This document shows, in pieces, positions 1 to 12,752 of a stretch of 57,107 nt of DNA (positions within the stretch are counted from its first letter, which is position 1; each line of letters starts with the position of its first letter). Both the position numbers and the translations under genes were made by a program. The notes under the pieces are model-generated. The model saw only the letters and a program-made list of their open reading frames with translations, did no database searches and was not told where the DNA came from. Source of the stretch: Paramecium tetraurelia (Eukaryota); contig CT868000.1 in the NCBI GenBank assembly GCA_000165425.1, forward strand, positions 240,173-297,279, read 5' to 3'.

Positions 1-187
1 ATTTCAATGATGTTTTATCCTATTTTCCAATAAGGATAGTTCGCAATAAATTCAAAATATTAGGAATAATTGAGTGCTTTTTATGGAATGATATTTGAAT
101 CCTTATAATGCGGTAATAATTTAATACTTGCAATTAATAATATATATCATAATTTCATTCATTCTGAAATCTCAAATATTATAATTA

Positions 188-1780
188 ATGAAACAGGAAT
201 CGTGGGACGATTTACATTTGGCAAATGAAAAATCTATTACTAAAATCTTGGAGCCTGGAGAGTAAGTGTTATTTTCAAGTCTACTCTATAAATTCAATGA
301 AGTCAATAAACGCCAAGAGAGAACATTACTGATTACAAGCCATAACCTATACAATCTATCGAAATTGACAGTGAAAAGAAAAATACCTATCAAAAGAGTT
401 TATGGAATAACCATAGGTCTGATTGGTACAGAATTCGTGGTGCACGTGCCTGAAGAATACGACTATAGATATTCAAGTTCAGAACGAAGAGATCAAGCAG
501 TATTAAGCATAATCAAGGCCTATTGTTTATAACACAGAGGCACTGCATTGCCAGTCTTCTACAAGGATGAACTTACTCTCACTGCATATACGACAACTAA
601 AGTGGACAAAAAAAAAGGTGTCAATAGATTACCAACCACTGGTTCGGAATTAATGAATGAAGAGTAATTCAGAAAGAGGATAGATTCATAAACAGAAGAA
701 CGATTGTAAACTCGAGCAAAGACTTCGACACTCTTCGCGAGATAGAAGGGTGAGGTAGTAACAATTGATGACTTTGACCTAATAAAAGTCTTGGGAAGAG
801 GAGCCTATGGAAAAGTGATGCTGGTCGAGAAGAAAAGTGACAAATAATATTATGCTATGAAATCAATTAGAAAAGAAGACATTGCTGATCCAGAATAATT
901 AGAACACACCAAAACAGAAAGATTAGTGTTGGAGCATGTAAATCATCCATTCCTTGTAAATTTGCATTGGGCATTTTAAACACCTGAAAAGTTGTTTTTT
1001 GTTACTCAATTCATGAAGGGAGGAGAACTATTTTAACATCTGAAACATGTCAAAAGATTTGATGAAAGCAGAACAAGATTTTATGTTTCAGAAATTGTAA
1101 ATACTCATTATCATTTTAGATATTAGCATTAGAACATTTGCATTAGAAAAATATCATCTACAGAGATCTAAAACCAGAGAATGTTTTATTGGATGAAGTA
1201 GGTCACATTTGTTTAACAGACTTTGGAATGGCCAAAATGCTCAAAAAAAATGAACTCGCCAAATCATTCTGTGGAACTCCTGAATATCTAGCTCCTGAAA
1301 TACTTCTAGAAACTGGACATTCTCAATCTGCAGATTGGTGGGCATTGGGCATACTAACATATGAGATGCTCTATGCATTACCTCCATTTTACAATAAAAA
1401 TCAAGATTTGATGTTTAAATAAATCCAAACCAAAGAAATTACATTCCCAACTACACCACAACTCTCCAACGAGGCCAAAGATTTCATTTCTAAAGTAAAT
1501 ATCCAGTTTAATCTAGTTAACAATTAAAGATCCAAAACAAAGATTAGGAACAGCCAAAGTCGATGAAGTCAAAAATCATCCATGGTTTAAAGGAATCAAT
1601 TGGGAAAAACTCTTGAAAAAAGAAATTGATACTCCTTTCAAACCCTAAATCCAAGGTGATGCTTGGATTGATAATTTCGATAAACAATTTACAGCAGAAG
1701 AAGCTATCAATTCATATGCCCCTGAGAATAATCTAGTCAACCAAGATGAATTTAGAGAATTTGACTATTATTAAAAATGA
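188..1780 (+). CDS. AGC-family Ser/Thr kinase (AKT/SGK/S6K-like) with N-terminal myosin-I TH1-like domain
   Basis: Code-6 translation: N-term [21 protein letters not shown]...[14 protein letters not shown] (TH1-like); kinase motifs [30 protein letters not shown]-terminal hydrophobic motif FREFDY. Introns 1097-1119 (23 nt) and 1495-1516 (22 nt). Confidence 0.92.
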
Positions 1781-1847
1781 ATTGAAAATAAATATGTAAT
1801 CATTTATTAATTATGAATTTATGCTAAAGTAATTCCAAGGAAATAGG

Positions 1848-4173
1848 TCATTATTTTTAATCTCTTTATAAGCATAATCTTTGAGACAGATGTTGAGCTA
1901 ATCGATTAGTTTTAGAAATCTTAGATTTACATTTGGCTAGAACTCATAAATCATAAATCCCCTCTTTTTAGAATAGAATTCATTCTGTAAATATAATTTA
2001 ATATTTTTCTATTGATCTTTTCTTATGAATTTTATTGTGATAAATATCTGCCAAATATTCTTATAATGTCCTGCAATCTTTTTGTCCTTCGTCTGTACAT
2101 TTTAATCATTTTTTTCAGTCCTTCTATAGTTTTGTGAATAACTTCTTAAATACAGAATTAAATAATAATTCCTATCATTATTATTGATTTTATTAGATCT
2201 ATTATATTTCGAAATTAGACAACAAGAAAGATAATATTCTTGTTAGAAAAAGGATCTAAAATTCATTTGGTTATCTCCTTCTCTAGTAATTTTTCATTGT
2301 TATGAATATAATTTAGTCTGAAACTATACTTTTCAACTTAATATCAAATAAAAAATTATATATGGGATTTAAAGTAAATGGACAGTAACTTTAAACTTAA
2401 TAAATATTATTACAATATTTTACTAAAATCGTGAACAATTTTATATATTTTTATTAAAGTAAATAATTGCTTTACTTAGGGTAAGTTAATATTTGAAAAG
2501 TTCAGATAAAGTATATTTTGAATTATATCTAAGCTGGCCATTTCCATCTGTTATAATAAAAAATCTATTTGTAAATTATTTGTAAATTTTTATTTATTAT
2601 GAATTATTGAAGTATAAGCAAAATTAATGATAGAATAACAATATTCTTTTTGAAATCTTTATTTTTTGAAATCTTATGTGTTACAATGGCGAAATAGTAA
2701 ATAAAGATATATCTAACTCATGAAGTTTAAATAGAAAGCTAGATTCAAGAATTTATTATTTTGGTTTTGAAATAAAGTGAAAAATTTAAGACAATTTTAT
2801 AAATGATAGAATCTCTAATCAAAAAAGATATATTACAAAATTAGCAAAATGAAAAAAGTGTCTATAATACATATCACTATTCCTTAATTCATTTTCCTAT
2901 CAAAGATCGGATTGTTTACAAGTCTCTAGTGTTAATCTTAAACTAGGGTAAGATTTATTATTATTAGCACAAAGTTCCATTTAGATCTTAACTCAGAGGA
3001 GACTTTTTTGCAGAATATTTATCAGGAGTTAAATATTTTTTTTTTTCTAATAGTTAAATAGTCTTGGTTATTGAATCTTAAATATCCTATACAGATACCA
3101 TTTTAATCGAATTAATAAGGTGATTTGATTTCCGGAAGTATTACAGTTTACTTTTTATTTATTTTATAAGGACAATAAATTTCTTAACATAATTTTAGTT
3201 TAGTTTTTTCTTGGAACTAAGTATCGATGATTGTAATATAATTATCATTCCGATAAACCTTCTTGCTCATATTATTTTTTGTAGAGATATTCTAATCATA
3301 AAGTTGAAGGTTTTCTGTTTCGAAAATCCGTTTAATCTCACATCCTTAAGGTCTAGGATCTCTACTTGATGCTCTCTGAGGACTTACTGAGAATGAATAC
3401 TTAATATTCATTTTAGCCTTTTCCTTTGGAATTTTCTTACCAAACATAATAATAGATTTATTGCTGTATATAGTTTAGATTGGTTCATTCATCTTTAAAG
3501 AATTTAGATATTAGGCCTTGACTATTAGAGTATTCATTTCAATGGTAGGTTAGAGATTTTACATATTAAATCGTTAATTCCTTTCTAAACTTTAACTATA
3601 GAGCCTTTCGTAATTTTGTTGCTTAGTTTAATGAAGTGTGATGAGATTTAAACAATACTATCTAATATCACTTGGTTTAATACCTTTATAATAGCAGAAT
3701 ATCGTAGAGTTTCCAAAAATCTGAATCATAGAATTGGAACACTCTCTAATTTTCTTAAATATTTTATTGCCAATTCGGTAGTGATTTCTTCACATAAGTT
3801 GAATTGGTATCTTCCTTTGGTGATTGCATCAAATCCTCAGATCTTTTCTGAATTTTATTAAGAATAAAATTAAGATTTTAACCATCACAATTTAAAATGT
3901 CAATGATACTTGAAATATAGTCAATAGCATTTGGAGTCTTGCACTTTTCAAACAATTAAGAAATCCTTATATGGAATCGGCGGATCAATCTGTTGGTTAA
4001 AATAATTAAAACTTTTTATCATGATCTTAAAGGTTATAGTTTTTGTATTTTTCTTAAAGTTAAGGGATAATTGTGTTTAAATCGTTTTCTTTTTGTTCGA
4101 TCTCTTATTGAATGCCCCTAAAAATGGTATCTAAATCATCTGGATTAACCTCATACAATTTATTTAATTCCAT
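1848..4173 (-). CDS. Hypothetical ~760 aa protein with one apparent +1 frameshift
   Basis: ATG at 4173 (MELNKLYEVNPDDLDTIFRG). Long code-6 frame with two GT..AG introns (23 and 22 nt). The frame is broken once at the A11 run (3036-3046); removing one base makes the length fit a TGA at 1848. No family recognised. Confidence 0.65.
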
Positions 4174-4602
4174 ATTTATGTATAAAAAATAAATTTATAA
4201 ACTCTCTGAAAACATAGGAACTCTAAAGAAATAGAAAATTTGAGAAAACAGGTTGACATTTAATATAAATAATTAATGTGTTGAACATATTCTCATCCAA
4301 ATACATTTTTAAGAAATGCTTTTTTTCCTATACATTTTAAGGTATTTAAATTTGAAATTAAGTACATTTTTTAGTTATAAATCAATTATATTGAAAAATA
4401 TTCTAAAAAGTGATTTCAGTTTTTGATTATCATAAATCTATGAAAAACCTTATATAAACCCAATTTTGCTTCAACTATGACGTTTAAATGAATTTGGATA
4501 AGAATTAGTATTAAATGAATTTCTATTAAAGCATACCTGAAATTCTGTCCTAAAATTTATTTAAAAAAAAAAAAGAAATCAATAAACATTAATTATTTTT
4601 CA

Positions 4603-6414
4603 ATGATGGATCAGGAATAGACCTGTTAAAGACATCAAAAGGATATAGAATATTTTTGCATAGAGAAATCAAACTAATCTAAAATATCATTCCTCTGTTA
4701 AGATTGCATAGATGAGGCAAACCCTTCTTAAAAATAAGGTCAAGGAAGGTTCTTTAAATTTGATAATATTCTGAAACAAGTTGAATAAGCAAGCGAAGCA
4801 TTAAAGACTAAATAAAGTGATCTCAGCTAAATAATGAAGAAGTTTGAATAATTCAAAGAAAAAATTGAAAGGTATAATAATTCAATAACATTTTAGATAA
4901 ATAAAAGTAGAAAAAACTTTCTTTCATGATCTCTCATAAAAAATTAGAGATTTATAATTTTTTGGTAACCAAAGGGCATTTCCTGAATTATCAAAAAACT
5001 CTTCTTATTAAAAAGCAATTTTAAATGAAGAAAGAGAAGAAGGTTGGAATAACTTTAGTTAGAAAATGAAAAATGAATTTGAGTTATTTACGACTGATAT
5101 GGATAATTTCATCAATAATCAATAAAATAACTTTAATTTTGAAGCTTATGCTGAGTACTCAAACTAAAATGGAGGCAAATATAGTAAAAATTAGATTAAA
5201 GAAAATTAATAAACAAAAAAAAGTCTTATATTGAAAAAAGAGGAATAAAAGAAAATTTAAATAGCAGCTAATCCAGCGCTATTAGACTCTAATGGCATAA
5301 TAGAAATAGATTAAGTTGTATAACCTTAAAAAAATCAATTAATATAGACGACATAATAGTTTCAATCAATTCAACCAATTCAACCAATTTAACCAATTCA
5401 ACCAAATTAACCAATTCAACCATAATAACAATAGGAAACAGGGAACTAATAAGAAATTGCTTAAGGTACTCTATAATAAAGTATATTTAAATTAAACAAA
5501 AATCTTTTCAAAGTTAAAATAATAGAAAAAGAAGAAATAAAGCATATCTTAGTTATCAATAAAGAAGTGCAAATAGTGGCATCTGAAAGAGAAGTTCGAA
5601 TATGTAAGCTTCTCAGATCTTAGGAAGGGAAGATAATTAATAAAAAAAAAATGAATAACACTATTTTGGATATTCACCTTGTTTCTCCTTAAAAAGTTCT
5701 TTTTTTCACCCAAAAATTATTGTACTTATATGACTTTAAAGATTTGTTACTTATAAAAGAAAAAACAGATAAAATTGAATTAAAGAAAAATTTATTTGCT
5801 TATTAAAATGGTTTCTTATACAGGTATGAGAGCTCAACCTAAGAATTGATAAAGTAAGAATATGGAAGCGACAAACAGCAGATAAATAATTTCGTGGATC
5901 TTCCAGATGATATGATGGTTGTTGCGATTAAAATTGTAGGTGACTAATTACATGTTGGATTTAGTAATGGAAAAATAAGACATTATGAACTTTCAAATTT
6001 AATTTAGAAGGATGAAGAGTATGTAATAAATCGAGAGGAAGAAGGAATATTTAGATTTTTTTATTTTGAAAAAGATTATTGCATCGGAGTTCAAAAAACA
6101 GTGTTATACAAATTAATCTATAAATCTAAATTTATTGATGATATAGTTAGGACGAAAGAACTTATAAAACAATGTGCATATTTGATAGACCACCAGAACA
6201 AAAAAATTGAAATTCAATGTTTATTACCAAATAATGTAATTTTCATTAGTATTTTTAGAAAGTTTTTACTTATAAGAAAAAAGACGATGTGGTATGTCGA
6301 AATAAAAAATTAAAGTACACCAAAATCTCTTGTATACAGGCTTGTCCTAAATTTAAAAAATTTTATTATGGATACATAGGTGGAGATGTAAAATGTGTAA
6401 AGCTTCAAATTTGA
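4603..6414 (+). CDS. B-box-like zinc finger + coiled coil + Q/P-rich linker + probable beta-propeller protein
   Basis: N-term CQRHQKDIEYFC...FLCQDC; coiled-coil composition; (IQP)n linker; C-terminal beta-rich segments such as LHVGFSNGKIRHY and FYYGYIGGDVKCV. Introns 4872-4896 and 6236-6258. Confidence 0.7.
5361..5423 (+). repeat. 9-bp coding tandem repeat, 7 copies, encoding (IQP)n
   Basis: ttcaatcaa ttcaaccaa ttcaaccaa tttaaccaa ttcaaccaa attaaccaa ttcaaccat; in the gene frame it reads QSIQPIQPIQPIQPNQPIQP. Confidence 0.9.
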
Positions 6415-6594
6415 GTGTATTAAATTAAGTAATTTAATAAACAATTTAATTATTATCAATTTTTATATAACAAATTCTTTGTTCAAAGTATTCTATCCCA
6501 AATGAAAATATATTAGCTATTTAGAGTAAAAACGATGATAAAATCAATTAAGATTTTTCTTAATATAAATTTAATTAATTGACATTGTCAATAG

Positions 6595-7260
6595 ATGGGG
6601 ACATGTGCTCAATGCAACTCAAAGATTGAAATTATTGAGAGTGATCCTTTGATGTCTAAGGAAAGTGTATTTTAGAAATTAAAAGAGCTAAATCAAAATT
6701 CAAAATCAACAATTTTTCTGACGATGAGAAGTAATAAAAAGACTGGTAATGATAATTTGGCTGATTAATCTTCCTAAGTTAGCGAAATTAATGATGAAAG
6801 ATCAGAGATGAAAAATAATATACATGGAAGTGTGAAATTAAGAAAGAGGACATATAGCTTTTAAGAAAAGCAGATGTTGTAAAAACATGGTCACATTAAT
6901 GATTAAAATGATTCGCAAAAGCTTAGATGTTTTAGATTTACAGATCCAAACCTTCCAAGAAACCTGTCAAATTCATCAAGTTCAAATAGTTAATTTAGAG
7001 AATTCAATGCTCATTTCAAAATTGGTGAAAAATCAATAATTGAATCTGACGAAAGCAAATCAATAAAAAGTATTTTAAAAAAAGAGCCCAGACAGAAGAG
7101 TGAGACAAAGTCTGTTCATTTTGCAAAAAATATCAGTATGAGTTAAACGAGAATTACATCTAAATCATGTCATCATAAATAACACAGAAAGAAAAAGAAA
7201 AAACAAAAACAAAAACTAATTTGCAATTAAAATTAAAGATTTGAAAATTATTAATTTTGA
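6595..7260 (+). CDS. Hypothetical 221 aa protein with probable N-terminal acylation motif
   Basis: Intronless code-6 ORF starting MGTCAQCNSK (Gly2 plus nearby Cys); low complexity, basic C-terminus. Confidence 0.75.
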
Positions 7261-7268
7261 ATTTTGTA

Positions 7269-9621
7269 TCACTTTTTTTATTTACTAATCCCTTTTTCAT
7301 CTTCAACTTTAGGAGCTATTCCAAGTAATGTGTCTCTGAACTTTTAATACTCGCTCTCAAAATTTGATATTTCATCTAGAACTTTAGTCTTGAATTTAAT
7401 AATAGAATAAATACATCTCCTGGTTGTTTTGTTTCTTTCATCGCTTGAGCTAAAATCTCTTTCTCATTTTGTTCCTTGGCTTGCTATTCTCTAAGCTTAA
7501 ATCTTTCCTAATAATAATTGACCCTCCTGACTTCTCTATCCCAAAATTATCTCATGACTTTTATTTCATTCCCTTGATCTTTGCATAAACTTTAAGGGAA
7601 TTCTAATAAATGCAAGGTACCATCTGAATCACCAACAGCCACGATATGTGCCATATTGTCATTAAACTTCAATGAAGTGATAGCACAAGCTACAACCTAA
7701 AATTATAGTGTCCATTTATGTGATTAATCTAACATATCCCACACATCTAGGTTTCCATCAGTTTTTCCAATGATAATTACTCCTGCTCTAAATGGAGAGA
7801 ATCCACCACAAGTTATATGTGCACCTTTCAAAATTAGACTATCAAATATTGGTTAGGTTGAATTATGTTTCCATACACAAAAATTGAAATCGTGTAAAGT
7901 AAGAATGATATCATCGAAAAATGGACTAACATCCAATGCTATAGGAGGTCTCATGCTTCTTGCCTACTGCCATATCGTTGTGACTAATTAATTCTTTTAT
8001 CCCTCTTCTCCCTATCTTTCACCCCAATCTAAAATGAAAACTTCTCCTTCATCAGATGTCCCAGACAATGTGGGTGTTTTCTAATCTATAAATAATTTAA
8101 TTAAAAAATACTCTTTCTAAATTGCAAGTATCCACCACCCATCATTCCACCTCCTTCAGGTCGATATAATTATATTCCATATGTAGCTTTCCAGGGAATA
8201 GATGAAATCTAATTATTTAATCAACTAATTACATCTTATTATGTCTTTTTGCTGTCCTTATCTATCAAACGTGTATCCCAAAACAAAATTTGACCATCAG
8301 CACTAATACTTGCGAATTAATATGTCTCCTATGATGTGGTTAGAATAAGATGGTTAAAGTGTTTTTTATCGAATTCCATTCCTATAGGGAACCATTTAAG
8401 GGCTAATGCAGGGCTTTTGTGGGATGCAACCTACTTTTTCAATACATCGTTTGCTGCAGCTGCTTAGTATGAAGCAGGGTCTTAAAGAGCTGATGTCATT
8501 TTTGGTAATAACTCTTGTATTTCATCTAAAGTTAGTTTATGATACAAATACTTCTTTCTTGTTTAGTTTTTTATGTTTTTTTGGATGCAAAAACAGAAAG
8601 TGCTGTTCCACTTAAATCCCAAAGCATAACTTATCCATTAATTGCTCCTCCTATAATAATATTAGGGTCTTTTGGGTTGAATTCAAATGCTAGTATTTCA
8701 AGAGGCGATTATAATAGTAAAACTGGTTCAATTGAATGGATATCTTCAAAATCCCAAAACACCACCAAAGATTTATGAGACTTCAATTATGAAATAACTC
8801 TTTCTTCAAATAATAGATTTTCCACAAAAGACTCTGCAACAATATATTTTGATTTGATTGCCTGACTAGATGGTTAGAATTGTATGCACTGTATTTTTTT
8901 CCCTTTACAATTTAAATAACTGAAACTTTTGATTTCTTTGATTACATTTGTAAGTTCAGCATTTTAGTCTATAATGAATATTAATATGTTATATACCTCC
9001 ATTTAGATCAGATGATGGAAGGACATTGAAATCATCTTAGTAAATATCAATAGTTTCATTTGATTAAAGAGCTTCTTCCATTAATGGATAGACAGTTTCT
9101 AAAAATTTTAGAAGTTTAAAATCCTCATCAGGTTGTTCCTATCTCTCATCTCCTTCGTCGACTTGAAGTGCTTTGTTAATTTTTCTGTTCCACACTGTTT
9201 GAGAGGAAGCATCTAAAACAGGATTACATCCTTGTATGCCCATATCTATAACTTTATTTTTGACTAATTAGAGGGGGTCCTTGTCTAATGCCTTGATTTC
9301 TCCGGTCCTTTCGGAAGTCTCTTGATCACTAAATTTGAATGTCAATCTAAATAAGGTGGATTGCAAAATTCAATACCCAAATTCCTTTCTCTTTTTGATG
9401 AACTGCATTTTGATTAGGGGTCTATCCTTAACGTATAGAGATAGAATATCCTGGTTTAATTGAAAATTTGATTACTTGAATGGTTTCATCATCATGAGGT
9501 GTTTTATAAGGTCTGGGTTCAATGGGCTTTTCTTCAACAAAATCATCGTCGTAATCCTCAGATAATTCTACTAATCAGAATGATAGATACCGGCCTTGTT
9601 ATCTGAATCCGACTAGCTCAT
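7269..9621 (-). CDS. WDR63: Axonemal dynein intermediate chain, WD40 (WDR63/DNAI3/IC140-like)
   Basis: Segments KMQFIKKRKEFG, DIGIQGCNPVLDASSQTVWNRKINKALQ, PLMEEALQSNE; WD repeats IIGGAINGQVMLWDL, FASISADGQILFWDTR, AGVIIIGKTDGNLDVWD, VAVVDSDGTLHLLEFP; several tiny introns. Confidence 0.85.
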
Positions 9622-9793
9622 TATTTATATTATTAAAAAATAATTTGGATTTGGTTGGTAATTATAGAGTGTTTTAAATCCAATTGGAGGAGGAAGGAGA
9701 AGATGAATGAAAGTTAAAAAGAGAATAATTATATTAGTCAAGGTCGATAATACTTTAATTATTTATTACTAAATTAATTTAATTTATCGTTAG

Positions 9794-10215
9794 ATGTTTG
9801 TTTGTTGCGGTAAGAAGAAAAAGGATCGTAAACATTTATCCTTAGGGAATCTGCATTAGTTAAATTTAATTTGTTAAGATGGTCTATATTTTGATAAGAC
9901 TCTTAAGATAATAACAGAAAACAATAAGACTAATGTATTTGATTAGTAGTATTTAGGTAAGTGAAATAGTGAATAAGGAATGTAAGTTTTACTGTCCAAT
10001 CTGCTTCAAATATTATGATTGTATGGATATAGATTAAGTTAGGTATGTTATAATCAACCTGCTGTTCGAATTATGTTTGTCATATCTGCGCAGTGTAATC
10101 TTTAAATAATAAAATGTATAATTGTCATTACTGCCGGAATGAACATTGCAAGTACGTGGATGTAGATCCAAACCAATAGTTAAAAGTATATATCGACTCA
10201 CACCATAAATTATGA
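9794..10215 (+). CDS. Small RING-finger protein with N-terminal Cys/basic membrane-anchoring motif
   Basis: MFVCCGKKKK start; CPICFKYY...TCCSNYVCHIC...CHYC RING ligands; TGA at 10213-10215; short intron(s). Confidence 0.8.
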
Positions 10216-10290
10216 AACATTTATAATAATTAACATAAATGAATCAACATGAAAATATTAATATGTTATGATATGTATCTAATGCATTAA

Positions 10291-12011
10291 TCATTCATCA
10301 ATGGATTTTGAGGCATAATTGATTTCACAATTATAGATTGTTTATAAATCCTTGTTGCTGAGGGTATCGATAGAGTTTAATTGTTGATAGAATCTAAAAA
10401 TATAATATGAAGTTTATACTAATCTTATGATTTAGAGTCCTTGATAGCAATTTTTCCTAATTATTTGAATTTGTTTTAAAGGATGCCATTTAAATCGCAA
10501 TGAGTATTTCTGGCATGACCAGATGGGAACATAACGAATTGACTATCCAAATTCTTGCCATCCTTCAACAAGATTTGAACTCTTGTTGGAATACCTTCGG
10601 GATATTTATCATCATATTCCTTTCCTCCATGTTCGAACTCAGTCAAGGCCATGAGTTTCTAAGAATAGATATTGATAGCATACTCTTGTATCCTTATTTC
10701 TAACGGCTGCATGACTGTAATCATATGGTGAAAGGAAGAGAGCTTTCCAGATTTCATTCAAATCATTGGTGCTTGATAAGAGTTAATGGAATGATTTTTC
10801 AGTGAATGCCTTTCTCAACATAGTGCCCAAGATGTAAACCATTGAGTGATCAGCAGATTATCTAGTATGAGGATCTCTTTTAGCTGGGTCTCCAATAATT
10901 CCAAAGGCTGGTTCATAAGCAGTGACTTTAATTTTATCAATGGAGTCAATTGAGTAGTTTTGGACGAATTTGGTGTCCAAAATAAGCTTTTACAATCCTT
11001 CCAAAGCACCAGCAGATTGATGTTCATACAAACCTAATTTGAAATGCATTCCCATCACTGCATAATCATCTCCACCTAATGAGAGAGTAATATCAAAAGG
11101 ACTGTCTCCCTTAGTCTTTTAGAACAATCTGAAAATGGCTTCTGGGTTACGGAAGATATCAGCTGGACCAACAAATCCATTCATTGATCTCTACAAACAT
11201 TTAATGGCTGCTTCAGTAGAAATGGCAGCAGATGCACCCTTAGAATCTGATAATTGATGTCCTGCTCTGATGGCTCTGAATGGGATGTAATGAGCAACAA
11301 ACATACCGATGGCTGATTCAATTTAAGCTGGATTGGCTCCTAACAAAGCTCCGTATGTGCAGATTGATGCAATAGCTCCATGAACAACGTGATCTATACA
11401 ATATTATACGAATATCAATACCAATTTTGTATGTTTTCAATGAGAATACTTCAGCCAATCTTCCTCTGATTTCATCACTCAATACCATAGCCTTAAGTGC
11501 TGTCTTTCCATCAATAGCTGCATTTTGTTGAGCAGCTGCAATAACAACTGGGTAGTAATCATTGTGACCAAATTCACCTGCTCTTCTTGCTGGACTACTA
11601 GCATCATATCCAAACACTGTGCCATTTGAATCCCATTCTCTGACAGCGGCGGAGTTGGCTACGATTGCATTTGTGGCTGGCACCCATAAGTTGCTTCCGA
11701 AAACCTTGGCAAATCCAAGCTTTGGTTTGGAAGCTGCTCCAGTCTTGGCTGCCAATGATTTGGCTTCTTTACTAATGTTTATTCAAGTATTCGTACGCTA
11801 AAATAGTTGGAGCATTTGTTTTCAAAGCTAAAGCACTTAAGCCACAGAATACTGAATCTGTGTGGAAAAGTTTGCATCTCTCGAGCACTTTCACACTTGG
11901 ATTACCATTTTTCATGAATTCAATGGCATACTCTCCTAACTCTCTTGCTTGATTCTTGTTGGCTTTTAAGACAACTTGACTGAAGGCACGACTAATTGTT
12001 TGGGTTAACAT
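10291..12011 (-). CDS. prpD: 2-methylcitrate dehydratase (MmgE/PrpD family), probably mitochondrial
   Basis: ANSAAVREWDSNGT, GEFGHNDYYPVVIAAA, IDHVVHGAI, IRAGHQLSDSKG, KLGLYEHQSA, MFPSGHARN; N-terminal MLTQTISRAFS presequence-like leader; three tiny introns. Confidence 0.9.
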
Positions 12012-12752
12012 AAATATCTTTTTATTTAATGCAAAATTAAACTCAATTTCCATTAATATAGCGCATTAATATGATGGAATTAAATATGACAATTATTCAT
12101 TTTGATCAATTTATTTACGCAATACGCCATAATTAATTTTTATAGTGAGCATTATTTGAAAAATCTTGTTTCTCTTCCCCATCCTCTTTTACTTTCATTT
12201 CCCCAACCATTCCAGCCTAAAAGTTATAGATACGATGCTTGGTTCTACTAATCATATTATAAATTTGATATTTAAACTACGTAAAAGTGGTAAAATATAC
12301 TACCAAACTATGTAATCTACAATGTGTAAAGAGTGTGTGTCTAAATCTATCTGAATTTCTTCAAAAAAAAAGAAAAAATAGAAATCCTTATTTATTATGT
12401 AAAAGATGATATAAACTGATAATATGTCCTTTATAAATCTCTATAATTTACAACACAAAATAAAATCCATTTTTAAATGATTATTTATTAGTTTACTATT
12501 GGAAAAAATCATTTATTTTTGAATTAGAATTACATCTCTTTTACACGAATAACAGTAAAGTAAACACAGAATAATTGCAATATAATTGCTATTCTAATTA
12601 TCCTTACGCAATAATTAATATTGGATTACATAGATATATCATAACCCTTAACAATTTTTAGATTTTAAACTCTGTATATTTTTTTATTCATTATTATAAT
12701 AATATTTGATTATTATAATATTTAGTTTCACAATAGTATCTTCCTAAAAATT

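Noticed and set aside
5361..5423. CRISPR-like array or FNQ prion-like repeat
   Set aside because: It is a spacer-less 9-bp tandem repeat, and the gene frame reads IQP, not FNQ.
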